A stretch of 64,000 nucleotides of DNA from an uncultured bacterium (GTDB taxonomy: Bacteria; Verrucomicrobiota; Verrucomicrobiia; Limisphaerales; UBA11358). Shown one piece after another: positions 58,522-64,000 of the stretch (positions are counted from its first letter, which is position 1; each line of letters opens with the position of its first letter). Under the pieces are notes generated by a model, which saw only the letters and a list, made by a program, of their open reading frames with translations, was not told the origin of the DNA and ran no database searches. The DNA is taken from assembly GCA_963708305.1 (NCBI GenBank), contig CAVPSH010000001.1:449820-513819 (forward strand), in the 5' to 3' direction. A program made the translations under genes and the position numbers.

Positions 58522-59885
58522 ACGTTTTCCGGCAACGGCGCTTTCAAGGACGGGTCCTGCGGGTGCGCGCCAACGTCGCCAAGATATTCCGTCGCGCGAC
58601 TGAACTTCAGATCCGCCGCCCGGGCCTCCGTGCCATCGGTCGAAACGGCAACAGCCGGCAAATCATATTTTCCGTCCGGCAACGCAAAGCGGTAACTGAA
58701 CGAACCGTCGGGGCGCAATTTGATTTCGTGACCGCCCAGGGTAACCCTGGCCGCCGGCTCGGTCGCGCCGTAAATGATCAACTCGGCATTGACGTTGAAC
58801 CAAAAACCCTTTGCCGGCCCGATGCCGCCGAACGGACTGGAAAGGCTGGAGATGCCGAACTGCGACGCGCCGAGCGAGGAAATTTCGTGGGCCAATCGGC
58901 GGCGGATGAGTTCCGTGATTTCGAGGGATCCCATCCACACCCGGCGGACGTCGTCAATATTGATGATTTTGGCCAGCGCCCGTTCCTGTTCCGGCGTCCA
59001 GGCCAGGGACGGATGCAAGGCCGCACGCGGCAGATCGCGATGGCCCTGCCGCCGGAGCTCTTCGAGCGCCTGGGCCAGCGGAAGATTTTCATGGACCGCC
59101 GCCTTGATGATTTCCATCAACTGGGCGAACGGAAATTCAAACGGAATCGTGGCAAAGTCAGCGCTGCCTTCCGGCGAAACCGCGTCCGGCGGCGTCACCG
59201 TGGCGGCTGAGGCGGCCACCCGCATCCATTTGCCGACCGGCGAGTAGTAGCCGAGTTCGGCGGCGTAGGCGTCTCCCGCGCGTTCAACGTGCGCAAACCA
59301 ATGGCGCGATTCAGGGTGGACGTGAATTTCGTTGATCGGATGGCCTTCAATTTTGTGCGCATAAACCCGCAGAACCAGATGGCCGTCGGCGGAACGGGTA
59401 TTGCAGCGCGTTTGCTGCTCGTGCGTCAAGTCCCAATGCGCGTAAAGCCAGTGGGGGTCGCGGGCGGTCAAAAACAACTGTCGCGTGCCGTAACCGTCGG
59501 GCAATTCGGCCTCGGTCGTTTCAAACTGTTGCGCCGGCGGCACAGGGCCGAGCGCGTATTTCTGGCCGGGACCACTGATGGGCGATGGCGAAGGCCGGTC
59601 GCCTTCCAGCAAAATGGCGGGAATTTGGATTTTTTTGCGCCGGGGAGCTCCGCCGATTTTGGGTTTGACGGCGCGTTTGGTTTTCACGGGAGCGGCAACG
59701 GTTTCAAACGCGGCAACGATGCGGCTTTTCAATTTTCCCACCGTCGAACGTCCGGCTTTTGCCGGCGTGGCCGGGTTGGCGCCGGCGGCGGTTTCTTCGG
59801 ACAAAGGTTCGGCAGCGCGAGGCGAAGATCCCGTTTGGGTGGTTGCCTTCTTCTTGATTGATGCGTTTGCCGTTTTTCTCTTCAT
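58518..59885 (-). CDS. DUF4912-like protein (GH57-associated)
   Basis: A basic, disordered N-terminus is followed by LFLTARDPHWLYAHWDL. It sits directly upstream of a GH57 gene, which is typical for DUF4912. Confidence 0.55.
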   Translation of the reverse strand: MKRKTANASIKKKATTQTGSSPRAAEPLSEETAAGANPATPAKAGRSTVGKLKSRIVAAFETVAAPVKTKRAVKPKIGGAPRRKKIQIPAILLEGDRPSPSPISGPGQKYALGPVPPAQQFETTEAELPDGYGTRQLFLTARDPHWLYAHWDLTHEQQTRCNTRSADGHLVLRVYAHKIEGHPINEIHVHPESRHWFAHVERAGDAYAAELGYYSPVGKWMRVAASAATVTPPDAVSPEGSADFATIPFEFPFAQLMEIIKAAVHENLPLAQALEELRRQGHRDLPRAALHPSLAWTPEQERALAKIINIDDVRRVWMGSLEITELIRRRLAHEISSLGASQFGISSLSSPFGGIGPAKGFWFNVNAELIIYGATEPAARVTLGGHEIKLRPDGSFSYRFALPDGKYDLPAVAVSTDGTEARAADLKFSRATEYLGDVGAHPQDPSLKAPLPENV

Positions 59886-60027
59886 GGCAGCAAATCCCTG
59901 TTTCGTGGCGATGTCCTCATGGCCATGGGGACTTTACGGCGGAAGCACGCGCAGCGCAACGGGAATTTCACCGGTCAAATGCGCTTGCGGTTGGGGACAA
60001 ATTATGCTTTCGTGGCTGCTGGCCTGC

Positions 60028-60426
60028 ATGAGTCCGTCTGAAAGTAACGGGGTTACCGGTTCGCCGCCCATAATCTATGTGGTGGACGATGAACAAGTAT
60101 TGCTGGATTTGGCTAAAATGATTTTGGAACCGGTGGGTTTTGCGGTTTGCCTGTTCCGTGATCCGCAAAAGGCGCTGGCGGAATACACTGCCTCCCCATC
60201 TCGCCCGGACGTGCTCGTCACCGATTACGCCATGGGACAGGTGAACGGCATGGATTTGATTCGTGAATGCAAACAGCTCAACCCGCAGCAAAAAACCATC
60301 CTGCTCAGCGGCACCGTGGATGAAAGCATTTACACCAATTCGCCGGTCAAACCGGACCATTTTCTGGCCAAGCCGTATCAAATCAACAAACTGGTGGAAG
60401 TGATTCGCTCGCTGCTCGCGCAGTGA
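60028..60426 (+). CDS. single-domain response regulator
   Basis: IIYVVDDEQ...VLVTDYAMGQVNG...ILLSG...FLAKPY. The choice of start codon is uncertain (60004 or 60028). Confidence 0.75.
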   Translation: MSPSESNGVTGSPPIIYVVDDEQVLLDLAKMILEPVGFAVCLFRDPQKALAEYTASPSRPDVLVTDYAMGQVNGMDLIRECKQLNPQQKTILLSGTVDESIYTNSPVKPDHFLAKPYQINKLVEVIRSLLAQ

Positions 60427-60479
60427 GCTAATTCGAGTTTGCCCGGCGAAGCCGGAAGCAGTATGGAATCCGTACGATT

Positions 60480-61265
60480 ATGAAAAAGCTCGAAAAAATA
60501 TTCTGGAGTGTGGTCCTTATCCTGGTTGTGCTGGCCATTATTGGCGCCATTGTCGCCAGCATTTTTCTCGGCGACCTGGTAAAGAAAGGCGTTGAAACGG
60601 TCGGCCCGCGGATCACCCAGGTATCGGTCAAAGTGGATGAAGTGCGCCTGACCTTGCTGACCGGATCGGCCAGCGTCAAGGGTTTGGTCGTCGGCAACCC
60701 TGAAGGTTATCAGGCCCCCCAAGCCATCAGCGCCGGAATGATCTCTGTGGGCGTGAATCCCCTGTCCGTGCTGTCCGACAAAATCGTCGTGCGCTCGCTG
60801 CACGTTGAATCGCCCGAAATCACTTTTGAAGGCGGCCTCAACGGCAATAATCTCAGCAAAATTTTGGACAATGTAAACGCTTCGGCCCACACCACCTCAG
60901 AACCCGGGGTGATTTCGACCAACGCACCCGCGCAAACCAAACCGTCCAAAAAAATTGAAGTCGACGATCTCCTGATCACCGGCGCCAAAGTGCATGTCAG
61001 CCTGACGGACCTGGGCGGAAAGGAAATGACGCTTCCGTTGCCACCGATTCACCTTGCCAATTTGGGCAAAAACCCGGATGGCATCACGGCGGCCGAATTG
61101 ACCCGAAGTGTGCTGGACGCGGTGGTGACCGCAACCCTGAAGGCCGTCAGCAAAGCCGGCGTCAGCAAGGGTGCCGAAAGCCTGATCAAAGACACCGGCA
61201 AAAACGCAGGAGCCGGAGTCAGCAATATTATCAACAAAGGGCTCGGCAACCTGTTGGGCAAATAG
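60480..61265 (+). CDS. N-terminally anchored envelope protein (AsmA/DUF748-like)
   Basis: One TM helix (IFWSVVLILVVLAIIGAIVASIF) is followed by a beta-rich region. The family assignment is tentative. Confidence 0.4.
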   Translation: MKKLEKIFWSVVLILVVLAIIGAIVASIFLGDLVKKGVETVGPRITQVSVKVDEVRLTLLTGSASVKGLVVGNPEGYQAPQAISAGMISVGVNPLSVLSDKIVVRSLHVESPEITFEGGLNGNNLSKILDNVNASAHTTSEPGVISTNAPAQTKPSKKIEVDDLLITGAKVHVSLTDLGGKEMTLPLPPIHLANLGKNPDGITAAELTRSVLDAVVTATLKAVSKAGVSKGAESLIKDTGKNAGAGVSNIINKGLGNLLGK

Positions 61266-61364
61266 GATCTGTCCGTCGTTTTATCCCGGGCGACGCCGGT
61301 GATTTTGAGATTGCCAGCGTGGCGAGTTGCTTTTAGTATCCTGCTGAAACCGCGAGGCGAGGTT

Positions 61365-63448
61365 ATGTTTTTTGGCGTTGACTATTATCCTGAGCAGTGG
61401 GTCTTCCCTTACAGCGGCACCGCTGACAAACCCGAGGGGGCTTGGGAACATGATGCCGAATTGATGGCCAAGGCCGGCATCAATGTTGTCCGCATCGGCG
61501 AATATTCCTGGGGCATCTGCGAATCCAAGGAGGGTAAATACGATTTTCAGTGGCTGCGCCGCGTCATGGACATCATGCAAAATCAAAACATCAAGGTTGT
61601 CCTGGGCACGCCCACCGCTGCTCCCCCCATCTGGCTGGCGAGAAAGTACCCCGGGATTTTGCCGCTCGACGAGCACGGTTTGGTCAAACACGAAGGCACG
61701 CGCCGGGCGGCCTGCTTCAACAATGATGCCTACTGGAACGCTTCCAAGCGGCTGGTCGAAAACATGGCCAGGGCGCTGGGAGACCATCCGCAATTGATTG
61801 CCTGGCAGATTGACAACGGCCTCGGCGGACATCAGACCGAATGGTCGTTCAATGAGGATTCGCGTTTGGAATGGCAAAACTGGCTGAAATTGAAGTACAA
61901 GACCGTTGAGCGCCTGAACGACCAGCTGGGGCTGCGTTATCTGGGTCAGATTGTCTCCTCCTTCGAGGACGTGCCCATGCCCATGTCCGCGCCCACGTCC
62001 CACAACGCGGCTTTGTTGCTGGACTGGCACCGGTTTTGCAGCGACGCCATCGTGGCTTTCGTTCGCATGCAGGCCGATGTGCTGCACGAGCTTTGCCCCG
62101 ACCATCCCGTCACCGTCAACCTGCGCGCGCTCCACCGGAAATTTGACCACTTCGACATGGCCGACGCCGTCGATTTCGTTTCCGTTGAAAGCAAGCCGGC
62201 CATCAAGACCAAATCCTCCGAACTGGCGTGCGACATTGACATACTCCGTTCGCTGAAAAAAACCGACATCAAAACGCCCGACGGCGACTGCGGTTTCTGG
62301 GTTATTGAACAAAAAGCCGGCCAGGTCAACTGGCAGGACGTCAATTCGCTGGTGCGACCCGGCATCATCCGGTTGTTCACGTATCAGCTCATTTCCCGCG
62401 GCGCCTGCGGCGTGCTTTATTATCACTGGCGCCAACCGCGCATCGGCAACGAAAAATTTTACGGCGCGGTCCTGCCGCACCACCTCGAAGGCAATACCCG
62501 CATCTACAAGGAAATCAGCCAGATCGGCGAGGAATTGAAGACTGCTTGCGCCCGCCCTCAAGGACACCAAAGTTGTGGCGCGAAGCCTGCATCCTTTACA
62601 CCCACGACAACGATTGGACGCTGCAACAGCCGATGCAGCCCAACAAATTTTTCAACCTGCGCGAACACATTCAACTCATCTACAACGCGCTCCATGACCG
62701 CAACATCCCCGTGGATTTTGCGCGTCCGACCGAAGACCTGTCATCGTACAAGATTGTTTTCGCGCCGTCGCTGCACCTGCTGGCCGCCGGCGAGGCCGAT
62801 CGCCTCAAACTCTACGTCCAGAACGGCGGCACGCTCGTCAGCACCTTCAACACCGGTCTCGTCAACGAACACAGCATCGCTCCCGACACGGGTTATCCGA
62901 ACGACCTGACCGATTTGTTCGGGCTGGAGGTTTTGGAATTCGATCCCATCCCGCCCGGCGAAGAAAATCACCTGACGTTCAAAGGCGCCTTTCCCACCAG
63001 CCATGTGCATCCCGCGCGGCTCTGGTGCGACATCATCGAGCCGAAGGGTTGCCAGATACTGGCAACGTACGCGAAGGATTTTTACGCCGGCCGGCCCGCC
63101 ATGACGATGAACACTTTTGGTCTCGGCCGGGCCGTTTACATCGGCACCATGAGCCATCAGCATTTTTATCATGACCTCGTCGTCTGGCTGCGCCAGATGT
63201 GCGGATTGCAACCGTTGCTCAAGGTTCCCGAAAACGTCGAAGTCAGCATGCGCGAAAAGGAAGGCATGCGCGTTTTCTTCCTGATCAACCACCAGAACTC
63301 GCCCGTCCGCATCCAATTCTACAAACCGATGCACGATTTCCTCACGGGCAATACGTTCTCCGGCAACTATGACATCCCGCCGCACGGCGTGCTGGTCCTT
63401 GACGAACGCATCGAAGCCAAACCAGTGGACACCCCGGCCACGGTTTGA
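61365..63448 (+). pseudogene. beta-galactosidase, glycoside hydrolase family 42, frame disrupted near 62537-62580
   Basis: MFFGVDYYPEQW...VVRIGEYSW...WQIDNG, followed by a GH42 trimerisation/C-terminal region in ORF 62546-63448. A short middle segment (LLAPALKDTKVVA) reads in the third frame. Confidence 0.85.
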
Positions 63449-63469
63449 GTCCGGTTGCCTGCTCCATTG

Positions 63470-64000
63470 GTGAATTCTCCCAACGCAATTTTTGCCGCGC
63501 TCGCCTTCTTGAGCCTGGCGCTCGTCCTCTGGCAATGGCTGGCCGCCCGGCGCTTTCCCCTCCACCGGCGCGTCGCCGACCCGTCTTTTGCGCCGGCCGT
63601 CACCCTGCTCAAACCCCTCAAAGGCTGCGACGAAACGACCGCCGCTTCACTGCAAAGCTGGTTCAATCAAAATTATGCCGGCCCGGTGCAAATCCTGATT
63701 GGCGTTGCCGATGCCAATGACCCGGTTTGTAAAATTGTTGGCGGGCTGATTGAAAAAAATCCGGGGCGTGACACACAACTCGTCATCTGCGGTGAATCAT
63801 TCGGAACGAACGGCAAAATTTCCACGCTCCTCCAGCTCGAACGCCCGGCAAAATACGAATTGATTCTCGTCAGTGATGCCGACGTACGCGTGCCGCCGGA
63901 TTTCCTCACCAATATGGTTGCGCTCTTGTGGGATGACAAAACTGCTCTCGTAAATTGTTTTTACCGGTTGGCGAACCCCGTCACCACGGCCATGCGTTGG
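63470..64000 (+). CDS. GT2/GT21-type glycosyltransferase (ceramide glucosyltransferase / HpnI-like), 3' end outside the window
   Basis: This frame stays open to the window end and is absent from the ORF track. It has an N-terminal TM helix, VTLLKPLKGCDE, and LILVSDADVRVPPDFL. The start is uncertain (63455, 63467 or 63470). Confidence 0.6.
   Translation, partial: MNSPNAIFAALAFLSLALVLWQWLAARRFPLHRRVADPSFAPAVTLLKPLKGCDETTAASLQSWFNQNYAGPVQILIGVADANDPVCKIVGGLIEKNPGRDTQLVICGESFGTNGKISTLLQLERPAKYELILVSDADVRVPPDFLTNMVALLWDDKTALVNCFYRLANPVTTAMRW

Overview
The window is a GC-rich chromosomal segment. Its gene content suggests a PVC-type bacterium, most likely Verrucomicrobiota: a PEP-CTERM protein, a DUF1559 prepilin-like protein, LpxI, GH57 with DUF4912, and giant beta-propeller repeat proteins. 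This taxonomic call is inference only. I found no rRNA, tRNA or CRISPR array.

Most of the window is ordinary housekeeping and envelope genes, mostly on the minus strand:
- a porin-pstSCAB phosphate-uptake cluster
- miaB, an EF-G paralogue, typA, trpA/aroC, gnd, lpxI and an aquaporin
- several two-component proteins and an ECF sigma factor
- GH28, GH42 and GH57 glycoside hydrolases

Four things stand out.
1. A degenerate chromosomal integron at about 27.6-30.4 kb. It has an internally deleted intI remnant, an attI-like GTTAGGC core and four clear attC sites. Its five cassettes encode small envelope-targeted proteins of unknown function.
2. A RAYT (IS200-like Y1 transposase) flanked by REPIN doublets at 5.85-6.71 kb. 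The whole module is bracketed by an 18-bp direct repeat that duplicates the miaB 3' end.
3. Several families of palindromic repeats are scattered through the window. Two copies sit in frame inside conserved genes, and each is exactly 75 bp: a REPIN in a flavoprotein disulfide reductase and a heptad-repeat palindrome in miaB.
4. About 18 reading-frame breaks fall in otherwise well-conserved genes (pstSCA, the EF-G paralogue, typA, GH57, GH42 and others). These could be assembly indels or real decay, and the sequence alone cannot decide which.
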